The notes under the pieces were generated by a model. It was not told the origin of the DNA. It ran no database searches and saw only the letters and a list, made by a program, of their open reading frames with translations. Of a stretch of DNA of 64,000 nucleotides, positions 29,174 to 38,316 are shown in pieces (position 1 is the first letter of the stretch; every line of letters begins with the position of its first letter). Source of the DNA: an uncultured Gammaproteobacteria bacterium (GTDB taxonomy: Bacteria; Patescibacteriota; Patescibacteriia; UBA2591; UBA6264); the NCBI GenBank assembly GCA_964580825.1, contig CAZOLB010000001.1, forward strand, positions 3,066 through 67,065, read 5' to 3'. A program made the position numbers and the translations under genes.

Positions 29174-29234
29174 ATAAACAACTAATCTCGAATTTAAAAC
29201 GAATTTTTAAGAATCACGAATCCGCGATTCTGTT
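29174..29234. repeat. ACGAAT-box palindromic element, copy 3 (rplN-rpsQ spacer)
   Basis: tcgaatttaaaacgaatttttaaGAATCACGAATCCGCGATTCtgttttattcgtttttcaaatccgcgg. It shares the core and the flanking ttattcgttt(t/c)t(c/a)aaat with copy 2. Confidence 0.5.
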
Positions 29235-29486
29235 TTATTCGTTTTTCAAATCCGCGGTAATTCGTTTAATTAATTTCCATTTTTTATCCCTTGATAAAGG
29301 CCGGCATTCCTCAAAAATAACTTTATCACCCACTTTGGCCTGATTATTCTCATCGTGAACTTTAAATTTTTTTCCGACGCGATATCTTTTTTTATATAAG
29401 GGATGTACTTTTATTCTTGTCACTCTAACAACAATAGTCTTTTTCATTTTGTCACTAATGACTTCGCCTTGAAACTTTTTTTTCAT
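29235..29486 (-). CDS. rpsQ: 30S ribosomal protein S17
   Basis: …GEVISDKMKKTIVVRVTR…HPLYKK… is the S17 OB-fold signature. Confidence 0.9.
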   Translation of the reverse strand: MKKKFQGEVISDKMKKTIVVRVTRIKVHPLYKKRYRVGKKFKVHDENNQAKVGDKVIFEECRPLSRDKKWKLIKRITADLKNE

Positions 29487-29522
29487 AGAAATTTACTTTT
29501 TATCGCGAATTAAAAACTGCAT

Positions 29523-29762
29523 TTATTCACTCTTGGATGGCACCCGTCTTGACATTTCTATTTGCGTTGATGAATAGTCTTTTGTATTCCGTAATACAGT
29601 GGCTATTTGGGCAATCGCCTTTTTTGCTTTTCTTATCTCGCGAACGTTCTTAAATTGTTTCAACTGAACGTCAAAACGCAATGTCCTTAATTTCTCTCGG
29701 CCTTCTCTTAGCATTCTTTCCAGTTCTTGTTTAGTTTTTTGTTTAATATCTTTTACTTGCAT
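29523..29762 (-). CDS. rpmC: 50S ribosomal protein L29 (with about 15-aa C-terminal extension)
   Basis: …ELERMLREGREKLRTLRFDVQLKQFKNVREIRKAKKAIAQIATVLR… is an L29 coiled coil. Confidence 0.85.
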   Translation of the reverse strand: MQVKDIKQKTKQELERMLREGREKLRTLRFDVQLKQFKNVREIRKAKKAIAQIATVLRNTKDYSSTQIEMSRRVPSKSE

Positions 29763-29775
29763 ATTTCAGAATAAA

Positions 29776-30189
29776 TTACGCTTTTTCGACGATTTTAGTT
29801 TTTATTGGCAACTTATGCGAAACAAGAATCAAGGCTCTGCGGGCAATAATTTTGTCCACGCCGGTAATTTCAAAAAGAATATTCCCCGCCTTGACTGGAG
29901 CCACATAATGATCGACTGCTCCTTTCCCCTTGCCCATTGGCATTTCCGCCCCTTTGAAAGTAACCGGTTTAGATGGAAATATCCTTATCCACATTTTACC
30001 TCCCTTTTTGAAGAAACGGGCAATAGTACGACGCGCTGCTTCAATTTGCCGAGCCGTAATCCATCTTGATTCCAAGGCCTTTAAGCCAAAATTTCCAAAG
30101 CTCAGTATATTTCCCCTACTCGCTTGTCCTTCCATTCTCCGCCTGCCTTTTTGGGACTTTCGATATTTTGTTCTTTTGGGCATCAACAT
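29776..30189 (-). CDS. rplP: 50S ribosomal protein L16
   Basis: [11 protein letters not shown]…GR… is the L16 signature. Confidence 0.9.
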   Translation of the reverse strand: MLMPKRTKYRKSQKGRRRMEGQASRGNILSFGNFGLKALESRWITARQIEAARRTIARFFKKGGKMWIRIFPSKPVTFKGAEMPMGKGKGAVDHYVAPVKAGNILFEITGVDKIIARRALILVSHKLPIKTKIVEKA

Positions 30190-30252
30190 AAGCGCTCCTC
30201 TAAATTAAAATCTAAAAATGAAAAATATAAAACATTAAAATTTAAATTACTT

Positions 30253-30921
30253 TTAAATATCGCTTTTATTTTTTTTACTTTTATTTTCAAATCGTTCCCC
30301 CCGGTAAATCCATACCTTAACCCCGACGCTTCCATAGATCGTCGCCGCCTTTCCTCGGGAATAATCTATGTCGGCTCGAAGGGTATGAAGAGGGAGCTGT
30401 CCCCAGATCAGCTTCTCCGGCCTGGCTATTTCCGAACCATCCAAACGCCCTTTGACGACTATTTTACAACCTTTAGCCCCGCCGGCCTTCACTTGCTTAA
30501 TAACCTTTTTCATCACTCGACGATAAGGGAGCCTTTTTTCTAAATCAATAATTGCGCCTTCTAAAACAACCGCGGCTGAAAGCATTGGAAATTTTTCTTC
30601 TATCACGTTTATTTCCAAAACAAAATTGTCAGATAAAAATCTTTTTTTAATTTCTTTTTTTATATCCTCAACGTCAAGTCCTCCGCGTCCGATAATCAAA
30701 CCCGGTTTAGCCGTGTGAATTATAATCCGCATCACATTGGCTAATATTTCAATATTGACGATTGAGATGCCACAATTTTTAAGCTTTCCTGACAAAAATT
30801 TCCTAATCTTCGTGTCTTGTTCCAAAAAATACCTAAACTTGCGTTCTGAGGCAAACCATTTTGATTCCCATTCTCTAATCATCGGGATGCGGAAAATTTT
30901 CGGATTTACTTTACGACCCAT
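30253..30921 (-). CDS. rpsC: 30S ribosomal protein S3
   Basis: MGRKVNPKIFRIPMIREWESKWFA… with KH and S3_C domains. Confidence 0.9.
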   Translation of the reverse strand: MGRKVNPKIFRIPMIREWESKWFASERKFRYFLEQDTKIRKFLSGKLKNCGISIVNIEILANVMRIIIHTAKPGLIIGRGGLDVEDIKKEIKKRFLSDNFVLEINVIEEKFPMLSAAVVLEGAIIDLEKRLPYRRVMKKVIKQVKAGGAKGCKIVVKGRLDGSEIARPEKLIWGQLPLHTLRADIDYSRGKAATIYGSVGVKVWIYRGERFENKSKKNKSDI

Positions 30922-31016
30922 AACAATAAACTCCTAATCCTACGAATATTATCGCTAATTATTGCTAATAAATATTTACGGTTATTCGCGATAAAATTAA
31001 TACGATTGACAACTTT

Positions 31017-31622
31017 TTAAATGCTTTTTCTTCTAAATATTTTTTTTAATCCTCCCCCTGTTTCTTTTTTTCTTACTTTATCAAGATGTTGTTTCGCGCG
31101 TCGTTTACTCCGGCGTCGGACGTCAAAAATTTCTCTATCCTCGTTTATTCTTTCTTTTAATTCGGCGGGTTGTCTGGATAAAGGCGCTTTTTTATCGGAA
31201 ACCATGACTTCTCCTGACGGTTTCATCTCAACCAGCGGAGATAATTTCTTCTGCGTCGTTATTTTTTTCAATCTCGATTTATCGCTTAATATTTTTCCCT
31301 CCAAAATAATTGACAAATGCGTCGTCCTTTTGCGAATTCGACCAGCTCGACCAAAAGCTCTCGCCCGCCATCTTTTAAGCATTGGACCGGGATTAACAAG
31401 GATTTCCTTAATAAAAAGATTTTCTTTTTTTAAATTAAAATCATGCTCGGCATTGGCGACGGCCGACGTTAAAACTTTCAAAATCAAATCTGACGCCTTT
31501 TTGGGAATAAATTTCAAATGATTAAGAGCGGCTACCGCGTTTTCACCCTTAATAAGGTCGGCCACCAGTTTTAATTTTTTAGGAGATATTTTAAGATATT
31601 TACTTGTCGCTCTTATTTGCAT
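31017..31622 (-). CDS. rplV: 50S ribosomal protein L22 with about 90-aa basic C-terminal extension
   Basis: The L22 core (…KISPKKLKLVADLIKG…ALNHLKF…) ends near residue 110 (…THLSIILEGK). The remaining 90 aa are K/R/E-rich. Confidence 0.9.
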   Translation of the reverse strand: MQIRATSKYLKISPKKLKLVADLIKGENAVAALNHLKFIPKKASDLILKVLTSAVANAEHDFNLKKENLFIKEILVNPGPMLKRWRARAFGRAGRIRKRTTHLSIILEGKILSDKSRLKKITTQKKLSPLVEMKPSGEVMVSDKKAPLSRQPAELKERINEDREIFDVRRRSKRRAKQHLDKVRKKETGGGLKKIFRRKSI

Positions 31623-31643
31623 AAATATTTCAATAAACTAAAA

Positions 31644-31937
31644 TTATTTTTTCTCTTCGGCCGCCTCTAATCCTCTTTGCATTTTACCGCCATGTCTGAC
31701 AAATTTTCTAGTCGGTGAAAACTCGCCCAATTTATAACCAACCATATTTTCCACGATAAGTACGGGAATATGAATTTTCCCATTGTGCACTCCGAGAGTA
31801 AAACCAACCATTTCCGGCGTAATTACAGAATCTCTTGACCAGGTTTTTATAACCGTTTTATCTCCCGGTTTTAATCGGGAAATCTTTTTTAGTAATTTTA
31901 GATCAACCCATGGACCTTTTTTTAGGGATCGAGACAT
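31644..31937 (-). CDS. rpsS: 30S ribosomal protein S19
   Basis: [19 protein letters not shown]…GHNGK… is the S19 signature. Confidence 0.9.
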   Translation of the reverse strand: MSRSLKKGPWVDLKLLKKISRLKPGDKTVIKTWSRDSVITPEMVGFTLGVHNGKIHIPVLIVENMVGYKLGEFSPTRKFVRHGGKMQRGLEAAEEKK

Positions 31938-31975
31938 AAATTATAAACTAATTTAATAAATTAGAAGCAAATTTT

Positions 31976-32824
31976 TTATTTCTTTTTTAATTTTTTCATC
32001 CGTCTTTTTATTATTAACTTATTGGTCCATTTCTTTCTTTTTCTTGTTTTAACGCCTCTGGCCGGCTTCCCCCATAAAGTTTTGGGGTGTTTTAAGCCGA
32101 TTGGAGAGACTCCTTCTCCTCCTCCGTGGGGATGTGAAACAGGATTCATCGCCTTTCCTCGAACTGTAGGTCTAATACCTCGATGACGCATTCGACCAGC
32201 TCTTCCCCAACGAATAAAACGCCTTTCCGGATTACTTACCTGTCCTAAACTAGCTAAACAAGAACTGGGTATTAAACGTATTTCACTAGAAGGCAATTTT
32301 ATTTGAGCAAATTTACCGTCCTCTGTAAAGCCCATCAAAACCGCAGAACTGCCAGCTGAACGGACAATCTTTCCTCCTTGACCGGGATTTAATTCAACAT
32401 TATGGACGGCCATACCTAAATTAATATATTTCAAAGGCATACGATTGCCAACCTTTGCTTCTATTTTATTTTTTGAATTCAAAAAATTGTCGCCAGCTTT
32501 TATTCCCCGCGGAGCAATAATATATCTTTTCTCGCCATCGAGATAATTTATCAAAGCAATCCAACAAGAACGATTCGGGTCATACTCGATACTTTTTACT
32601 TGTCCTGAAATGTCAAATTTATCCTGCCTAAAATCAATTTTTCTATAAAATCTCTTTTCCTGTCCCCCTTGATGCCTAACCACAATACAGCCCTTACTTC
32701 GACCCGCTTTGCGTTTTTTAATAATTATTAATTTTCTATAAGGCCTGCCTTTATTTATTTCTTCGGCGCGGACAACACTTGTCTTTCTCCGAGACGGAGT
32801 TGTTGGTTTATATATCTTTAACAT
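31976..32824 (-). CDS. rplB: 50S ribosomal protein L2
   Basis: 282 aa. …RNRSCWIALI…, …GRGG…, …HPHGGGEG… are L2 motifs. Confidence 0.95.
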   Translation of the reverse strand: MLKIYKPTTPSRRKTSVVRAEEINKGRPYRKLIIIKKRKAGRSKGCIVVRHQGGQEKRFYRKIDFRQDKFDISGQVKSIEYDPNRSCWIALINYLDGEKRYIIAPRGIKAGDNFLNSKNKIEAKVGNRMPLKYINLGMAVHNVELNPGQGGKIVRSAGSSAVLMGFTEDGKFAQIKLPSSEIRLIPSSCLASLGQVSNPERRFIRWGRAGRMRHRGIRPTVRGKAMNPVSHPHGGGEGVSPIGLKHPKTLWGKPARGVKTRKRKKWTNKLIIKRRMKKLKKK

Positions 32825-32826
32825 AT

Positions 32827-33150
32827 TTATTTCTTAACAAATTGTATTTTCTCTCCTTTTTTTAAAAAAACTACGGCCTTTTTTCTATCTTTTGTCCGAC
32901 CGATAAAACGGCCGTACCTGACTATTTTCCCTTTTTCTCGAATTATATTTATCTTGACTGGTTTTACGCCATAAATCTCTTCCACGGCTTCTTTCACTGA
33001 AATCTTATTTGCTTTCGGAAAAATTTCAAAAACGTAAGAATTAACTGTTTCGCCCGAAACAGCCTTTTCAGTGATTATTGGCCTTATTAAAACGCCCGGG
33101 GCGATATTAACCTTCCGCCTCAATAAATCATGTTTTGGCTTACTTTCCAT
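32827..33150 (-). CDS. rplW: 50S ribosomal protein L23
   Basis: The L23 core is …IRPIITEKAVSGETVNSYVFEIFPKANKISVKEAVEEIYGVKPVKINI…. The start is assigned to the ATG at 33150 (MESKPKH…). The 213-nt upstream extension in the ORF track overlaps the rplD C-terminus inside a lysine-codon-rich stretch, where several frames stay open. Confidence 0.85.
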   Translation of the reverse strand: MESKPKHDLLRRKVNIAPGVLIRPIITEKAVSGETVNSYVFEIFPKANKISVKEAVEEIYGVKPVKINIIREKGKIVRYGRFIGRTKDRKKAVVFLKKGEKIQFVKK

Positions 33151-33152
33151 TT

Positions 33153-34019
33153 TTACTTGTCCGCCGTTCTCTTTGCTCTCTTCGCCGATGACTCCTTGTT
33201 TTCCGGCTTCTTGGGGCCTGTTTTTTCCATTCCTCCCGCCTTTTTCTTTTCCGACTTCGGTTTCGATTTCTCGGTCTTTTTTGTCTTTGGCGATTTTTTT
33301 GTTGCCTTCGCCGGCTCTTTTTTTATCTGCCGACTTATTGTCTTTTCTTTTAAAGAAAAACATAATTTGCCAAAATATTCTTGTATTTTATCGACTCCTT
33401 CGACCGTGGTTAATAAATAATCCGCTCTCAAAAGGTCAAGAATGTTTAATCCAGTGACAGGAAGCATTTTAACTCCTTTTATATTCCGACCGGATTTGAT
33501 GACATTTTCATCTTTATTTGAGAGACTAATTAAAACATTTTGGGATTTATCACTATTTATCAAACTGGTGATAATTAAATTGATTCTTTTCGTCTTAATT
33601 TCCGGCATCACCAATTTATCCAAAATATACATCTTTTTTTCTTTTACTTTATCCGAAAGACACATTAATAAAACCTTTTTTTTGCTTTTCTTATTAAGTT
33701 TCTGGTCGTAAACTCTTTCTTTTCTCGGGCCAAAAATGATGCCGCCGCCGCGCCAAAGAGGGGAACGAATAGAGCCGGCTCTGGCTCGTCCCGTGCCTTT
33801 CTGGCGCCAGGGCTTTATGCCGCCGCCGCGAATTTCTCCCTTTACTTTTGTTTGCGCCCAAGGATGACGTTGATTGGCCAAAAGTCCGACCACTGCCTGA
33901 CGAATCAATTCTGATTTTGGTTCAACGCCAAAAATCTCAGGATTTAACTCTTTTTCTCCCACCACCTTCCCTTCTTGATTGTAGATATCAACCTTAATCA
34001 TATTTGACAATTCATTCAT
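33153..34019 (-). CDS. rplD: 50S ribosomal protein L4 with about 70-aa lysine-rich C-terminal tail
   Basis: The L4 core (…GGGIKPWRQKGTGRARAGSIRSPLWRGGG…) ends …YLLTTVEGVDKIQEYF. It is followed by a K/E/P-rich low-complexity tail. Confidence 0.9.
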   Translation of the reverse strand: MNELSNMIKVDIYNQEGKVVGEKELNPEIFGVEPKSELIRQAVVGLLANQRHPWAQTKVKGEIRGGGIKPWRQKGTGRARAGSIRSPLWRGGGIIFGPRKERVYDQKLNKKSKKKVLLMCLSDKVKEKKMYILDKLVMPEIKTKRINLIITSLINSDKSQNVLISLSNKDENVIKSGRNIKGVKMLPVTGLNILDLLRADYLLTTVEGVDKIQEYFGKLCFSLKEKTISRQIKKEPAKATKKSPKTKKTEKSKPKSEKKKAGGMEKTGPKKPENKESSAKRAKRTADK

Positions 34020-34088
34020 TTATTCGTAATTCGTAATTCGCGCCATTCACATGGTATTCGCCTGCCTACACCGGCAGGTAGTTCCGCA

Positions 34089-34703
34089 TTAGGCCGTAAC
34101 AATTTCCAACAAACCGCTTCTACTTCCGGGCACGGCGCCGCGAACCAATAATAAATTTTTTTCCGGTTTAACGTCTATGATTTCCAAATTTTTTACGGTT
34201 ATTCTTTTATAACCCATTCTCCCAGGCATCCTTTGCCCTTTAAGGACTTTAGCTGGACCGCCGGCGCCGATTGAACCGGGCATTCTTAATTGATCTTTAT
34301 GTCCATGAGTAGCCGGCGAACCATGAAAATGATGCCTTTTTACCACTCCTTGAAAACCTCTGCCTTTGGAAAAGCCGGCAATCTTGACTTTATCTCCGGG
34401 TTGGAAAATATCAACTTTAATCAAGTCCCCAATTTTTAGATCTGAACCGCTTGTCCTGAACTCTTTTAAATATCTGCTGATTTTTGCGTTTTTGTCTCCG
34501 ATTTTCTTAAAACGGCCGCGTTCGGCTTGGTTAGATTTATTTTTTTGATCAAAACCGACTTGGACGCTTTCATATCCGTCTTTGCCATTTGTTTTTATCT
34601 GCGTGACTAAACACGGACCAGCCTGAATTTCAGTTACCGGAAAAACCTTGTCATCTTTGAAAATCTGACTCATCTGTAATTTTTTTCCTATAATAAACTT
34701 CAT
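34089..34703 (-). CDS. rplC: 50S ribosomal protein L3
   Basis: MKFIIGKKLQMSQIF… and …GKGFQGV…-type L3 motifs (FSKGRGFQGVVKRHHF). Confidence 0.9.
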   Translation of the reverse strand: MKFIIGKKLQMSQIFKDDKVFPVTEIQAGPCLVTQIKTNGKDGYESVQVGFDQKNKSNQAERGRFKKIGDKNAKISRYLKEFRTSGSDLKIGDLIKVDIFQPGDKVKIAGFSKGRGFQGVVKRHHFHGSPATHGHKDQLRMPGSIGAGGPAKVLKGQRMPGRMGYKRITVKNLEIIDVKPEKNLLLVRGAVPGSRSGLLEIVTA

Positions 34704-34709
34704 ATTTAT

Positions 34710-34766
34710 AATAATATAAAAGCCGGGTCGCCGCCAAACTTCTTATATCCGGTCCAACCCCCGGCT
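34710..34766 (-). promoter_or_regulatory. GC-rich hairpin plus T-run (terminator/attenuator-like) immediately upstream of rplC, inside an atypical 227-nt rpsJ-rplC spacer
   Basis: The minus strand reads AGCCGGGGGUUGGACCGGAUAUAAGAAGUUUGGCGGCGACCCGGCU, followed by UUUUAUAUUAUUAU, then the rplC ATG. It is the only strongly GC-rich non-coding segment in the operon. Confidence 0.4.
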
Positions 34767-34930
34767 CTAATCAAATCTGGCTAAGTTGTTTCGCTTGCTT
34801 AGAATTTAACCTCTATAACGAAAAGGTACAACTGGTCGGACGATAATCGTCATAAATTCACTCTCGACCCGATATACTTTCATTAATTTATTAATGGCGA
34901 TTCGTGGCAAAAATTGGATAATCAAATTGA

Positions 34931-35296
34931 TTACATTTTTATCTCCACGTCCACGCCCGCGGGCAAATTCAAACTGGTCAAAGTTTCCAACGTCTGCTGA
35001 TTAAAATTAACTATATCAATCAGGCGTTTATGAACTCTTTTTTCAAATTGATCTTGAGAATCCTTATGGACGAAAGTTGACCGCAGAATAGTGTATTTTT
35101 TTTTCTCTGTGGGAAGAAAAATCGGTCCAATAATTTTTGCCCCCGAACGCTTCAAAGATTCAATAATATTCTTCAAGGCCTCATCAATAACCCGATGGTC
35201 ATAAGCCTTGATTTTAATGCGAATCCTGGGCCGATATTCGACTTCCTCATTCTTTTTTGCGTTCGCCACCCTTTTTTTATCTCTTTCTTCTGACAT
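34931..35296 (-). CDS. rpsJ: 30S ribosomal protein S10
   Basis: …[40 protein letters not shown]… is the S10 signature, with a short N-terminal extension. Confidence 0.9.
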   Translation of the reverse strand: MSEERDKKRVANAKKNEEVEYRPRIRIKIKAYDHRVIDEALKNIIESLKRSGAKIIGPIFLPTEKKKYTILRSTFVHKDSQDQFEKRVHKRLIDIVNFNQQTLETLTSLNLPAGVDVEIKM

Positions 35297-35341
35297 TGCT
35301 AAAGAACTAAATTCATTTAAACATCAACTAAACGTCTTAAT

Positions 35342-36547
35342 TTATTTAATTATCTTAACTACCACTCCGGCTCCCACGGTTTTTCCGCCCTCTCTAAGAG
35401 CGAATCTCTGTTGTTCTTCTAAAGCAATCGGTTTATATAATTTTACCTTCAAATTCAAAGTATCTCCCGGCATGGCCATTTCCGTTCCTTCCGGCAATGT
35501 CACCTCACCGGTTACGTCGGTAGTCCGAATATAAAACTGAGGTTTGTAACCGCTAAAAAACGGGGTGTGGCGGCCGCCTTCTTCTTTGGAAAGAATATAA
35601 ACTTGACCTTCAAATTCGGTATGCGGCGTTACTGTTCCCGGTTTCACAATAACCTGACCTCTCTCAATATCGGTCTTCTTGGTTCCGCGTAAAAGAATAC
35701 CGGCATTATCGCCGGCCATTCCCTCGTCTAGGGATTTTCTAAACATCTCAATTCCGGTAACAACGGTTTTTTGGGTCGGCTTTAAGCCGACTATTTCCAC
35801 TTCTTCGTTTAATTTAATTACCCCTCTTTCTATTTTTCCCGTAACCACCGTTCCCCTGCCTTCAATTGAAAAAATATCTTCAATCGGCATTAAAAACGGC
35901 TTATCAATATCTCTTTTGGGCTCGGGAATGTAGCTGTCCAAAGTTTCCATAAGCTTCAATATCGGCCCGCAATGAGGGCAATCGACTTTACCGCAACCGC
36001 AACCCAAGGCCTTTAAAGCCGAACCTTCAATAATGGGAATTTCATCGCCGGGGAATTCGTATTTCTTAAGCAAATCCTTAACTTCTTCTTTAACCAAGTC
36101 GATTAATTCTTTATCCTCCACCATGTCGGTTTTATTTAGAAAAACAATCATCGTCGGAACTCCTACCTGATGAGCTAAAAGAATGTGTTCTCTGGTTTGG
36201 GGCATCGGCCCGTCAGCGGCGGAAATGACTAAAATAGCGCCATCCATTTGAGCGGCGCCAGTAATCATATTTTTAATATAGTCGGCATGTCCGGGACAAT
36301 CAATGTGAGCGTAATGCCGTTTGTCCGTTTCATACTCAACATGGGCCAAAGCAATAGTAATTCCCCTTTCCCTCTCTTCCGGAGCATTATCAATTTGGTC
36401 CACGCCTTTATCGTCGGCCCTTTTGCCGGACGCCCTTAGACATTTTAAAATTGCCGCCGTCAAGGTGGTTTTTCCATGATCAACATGTCCAATCGTCCCC
36501 ACGTTAACATGCGATTTACCTCTAACAAATTTTTCTTTTTCTGCCAT
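35342..36547 (-). CDS. tuf: Elongation factor Tu
   Basis: 401 aa. G1 motif GHVDHGKTT, with DCPGHADY and NKTD. An insertion carries [12 protein letters not shown]. Confidence 0.97.
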   Translation of the reverse strand: MAEKEKFVRGKSHVNVGTIGHVDHGKTTLTAAILKCLRASGKRADDKGVDQIDNAPEERERGITIALAHVEYETDKRHYAHIDCPGHADYIKNMITGAAQMDGAILVISAADGPMPQTREHILLAHQVGVPTMIVFLNKTDMVEDKELIDLVKEEVKDLLKKYEFPGDEIPIIEGSALKALGCGCGKVDCPHCGPILKLMETLDSYIPEPKRDIDKPFLMPIEDIFSIEGRGTVVTGKIERGVIKLNEEVEIVGLKPTQKTVVTGIEMFRKSLDEGMAGDNAGILLRGTKKTDIERGQVIVKPGTVTPHTEFEGQVYILSKEEGGRHTPFFSGYKPQFYIRTTDVTGEVTLPEGTEMAMPGDTLNLKVKLYKPIALEEQQRFALREGGKTVGAGVVVKIIK

Positions 36548-36690
36548 ATTAATTGCCTCATCTTCGCAAACTGACTATTCAAATATAATAAACAGTCGCG
36601 AATCGCTTAATTTAAATTACTTAATTAAAAAGTGTGGCTATTATAACACAAACAATTTTATTTAGCAACTATTTTTTCCACACCATAATA

Positions 36691-37161
36691 CTAATCGGAA
36701 TTCAAATCCTCCGGAGCGTAAACGGCGGGAAAATCTATTTTCTGATAATCAAAAATTTCATCTTGATTAAAAAACCTCCAAATTTCCTTATCCGCGCTTT
36801 CTTTCGAATCAGAGGCATGAACGATATTATATTGTCGACTCATAGAAAAATCGCCCCTAATACTGCCCGAATCCGCCTTTCTCCCGACTGTCGGCCCGCA
36901 AATCAAACGCACCGCCTCAATCGCCTCGACCCCCTCTAGGGCCAAAGCAATGATGGGCGAGCTTTCCATAAATTTGACCAAATCTTTGAAAAAAGGTTTA
37001 TTCTTATGATGAAAATAATGCTCTTTTAAAAGAGTGTCATTAAGCTTCATCATTTTTAAGCCGATTATTTTCAATCCCTTTTTTTCAAAACGAGAAATTA
37101 TCTCTCCTAAAAGATTTCTTTGCAAGGCATCCGGCTTTAATAAAACCAATGTTTTTTCCAT
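36691..37161 (-). CDS. ndk: Nucleoside diphosphate kinase
   Basis: …TLVLLKPDALQRNLLGEIISRFEKKGLKIIGLK… and the active-site NIVHASDS (His). Confidence 0.9.
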   Translation of the reverse strand: MEKTLVLLKPDALQRNLLGEIISRFEKKGLKIIGLKMMKLNDTLLKEHYFHHKNKPFFKDLVKFMESSPIIALALEGVEAIEAVRLICGPTVGRKADSGSIRGDFSMSRQYNIVHASDSKESADKEIWRFFNQDEIFDYQKIDFPAVYAPEDLNSD

Positions 37162-37194
37162 GTTTCTAAAAAATTCTCCTAATTATTAATTAAT

Positions 37195-37227
37195 AATAAT
37201 TAATAACAAATTATTCTTTAAATGTCA
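37195..37227 (-). promoter_or_regulatory. Candidate sigma-70-type promoter for ndk(-tuf-rpsJ…) (TTGACA, 17 nt, TATTAA)
   Basis: The minus strand reads TTGACATTTAAAGAATAATTTGTTATTAA. It is followed by a good SD (AGGAGAA) 9 nt before the ndk ATG. Confidence 0.35.
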
Positions 37228-37383
37228 AGATAAAAAATAAAATCCGTCGAATTAAATAAAACCTGACGGAAACCGCAGATTAATTTTAAAACCCGCATCT
37301 GCAATTCTCTCCACAGACACAAATCTTTAAAGCATTTCTATTTTTAGATTATTTTAAAAAATTAATTATTTCCCATATTAGGT

Positions 37384-38301
37384 TTATTTATATATTTTAT
37401 TGGTCAATTTTATTTTTTCTCCATCGCCGAGAAAAATAATATCACCTAATTCGTCTGTCCTTAGAATTTCCGCGCCCACTTCTTTTAAATTGTTCAAAAC
37501 CCTTAAACTGGGATGGCCGAAAGCGTTCTCACCCACGGAAATGACGCCGTATTGCGGCTCAACCAATTTTAAAAATTCAAGACCGGAAGAATATTTTGAC
37601 CCATGATGCCCGACTTTTAAAACATCTGCTTTCAAATTAACGCCCGATTTTATTATTTCTTCTTCCGCTTCGGTTATAGCGTCGCCGGTAAAAAGCAAAC
37701 TATTATTCTTATAAGTCAATTTTAAAACAAGGGAAGTAAAATTATCGTCTCCCTTTAACCTTTTAATTTGATTTTGAATCGGCCAAAAAAAATCCATTTT
37801 TATTTCTCCGTCTCCATCCTCCAAAACAATCCTCTGGGTAGCGTCGATTGCCTGCTGGGGGATATTTTTCTGCTCAATTATCTTCTTCCATTCCAAGGCG
37901 GCGAAAGTGTTATCTTTTAAACCGTTGCTCACCACTCGTTTAACGGGATAACGCTCCAAAACTTCGACTAAGCCGGTCAAGTGATCAAGTCCGAAGTGGG
38001 TTAAAATCATCAAGTCGATTCTCCGATTATTTATCGGGATATATTTGTCCAATTTATGAATAATATTCTTTTCCGGACCGCCATCAATCAAAATATTATA
38101 CCCTTTGGGGGTTTGGATTAAAGCCGCGTCCCCTTGCCCGATGTCAAAAAAAACAACCCTCAAACTATTTTTTGGCGGGAAAGAGACAAAAGAAAAATAA
38201 CCTAAAACCACCAAATTAATGAACAAGAGTAGGCCGACAAACAAAATCAACCACTTAAACAAAATTTTTCTTTTTATTTTATTTTTTATATTTTTTGTCA
38301 T
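37384..38301 (-). CDS. comEC: ComEC/Rec2 C-terminal part: metallo-beta-lactamase domain with an N-terminal TM anchor
   Basis: …VVFFDIGQGDAALIQTPKGYNILIDGG… and …LILTHFGLDHLTGL…HHGS… are the MBL metal-binding motifs typical of the ComEC C-terminal domain. It lies 15 nt downstream of the N-terminal ComEC ORF. Confidence 0.75.
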   Translation of the reverse strand: MTKNIKNKIKRKILFKWLILFVGLLLFINLVVLGYFSFVSFPPKNSLRVVFFDIGQGDAALIQTPKGYNILIDGGPEKNIIHKLDKYIPINNRRIDLMILTHFGLDHLTGLVEVLERYPVKRVVSNGLKDNTFAALEWKKIIEQKNIPQQAIDATQRIVLEDGDGEIKMDFFWPIQNQIKRLKGDDNFTSLVLKLTYKNNSLLFTGDAITEAEEEIIKSGVNLKADVLKVGHHGSKYSSGLEFLKLVEPQYGVISVGENAFGHPSLRVLNNLKEVGAEILRTDELGDIIFLGDGEKIKLTNKIYK

Positions 38302-38316
38302 AACGATCCCTAAAAA

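Noticed and set aside
27705-29234. CRISPR array interpretation of the repeated ACGAAT-box sequences
   Set aside because: The copies are imperfect (about 70-85% similar), irregularly spaced, each separated by whole r-protein genes, and palindromic rather than direct with unique spacers. No cas genes are present.
33071-33457. Overlapping ORFs and a putative 72-aa N-terminal extension of L23
   Set aside because: Lysine-codon-rich DNA encoding the L4 tail keeps several frames open. L23 has a clean ATG at 33150, 2 nt after the L4 stop, and the extension would overlap L4 by 210 nt.
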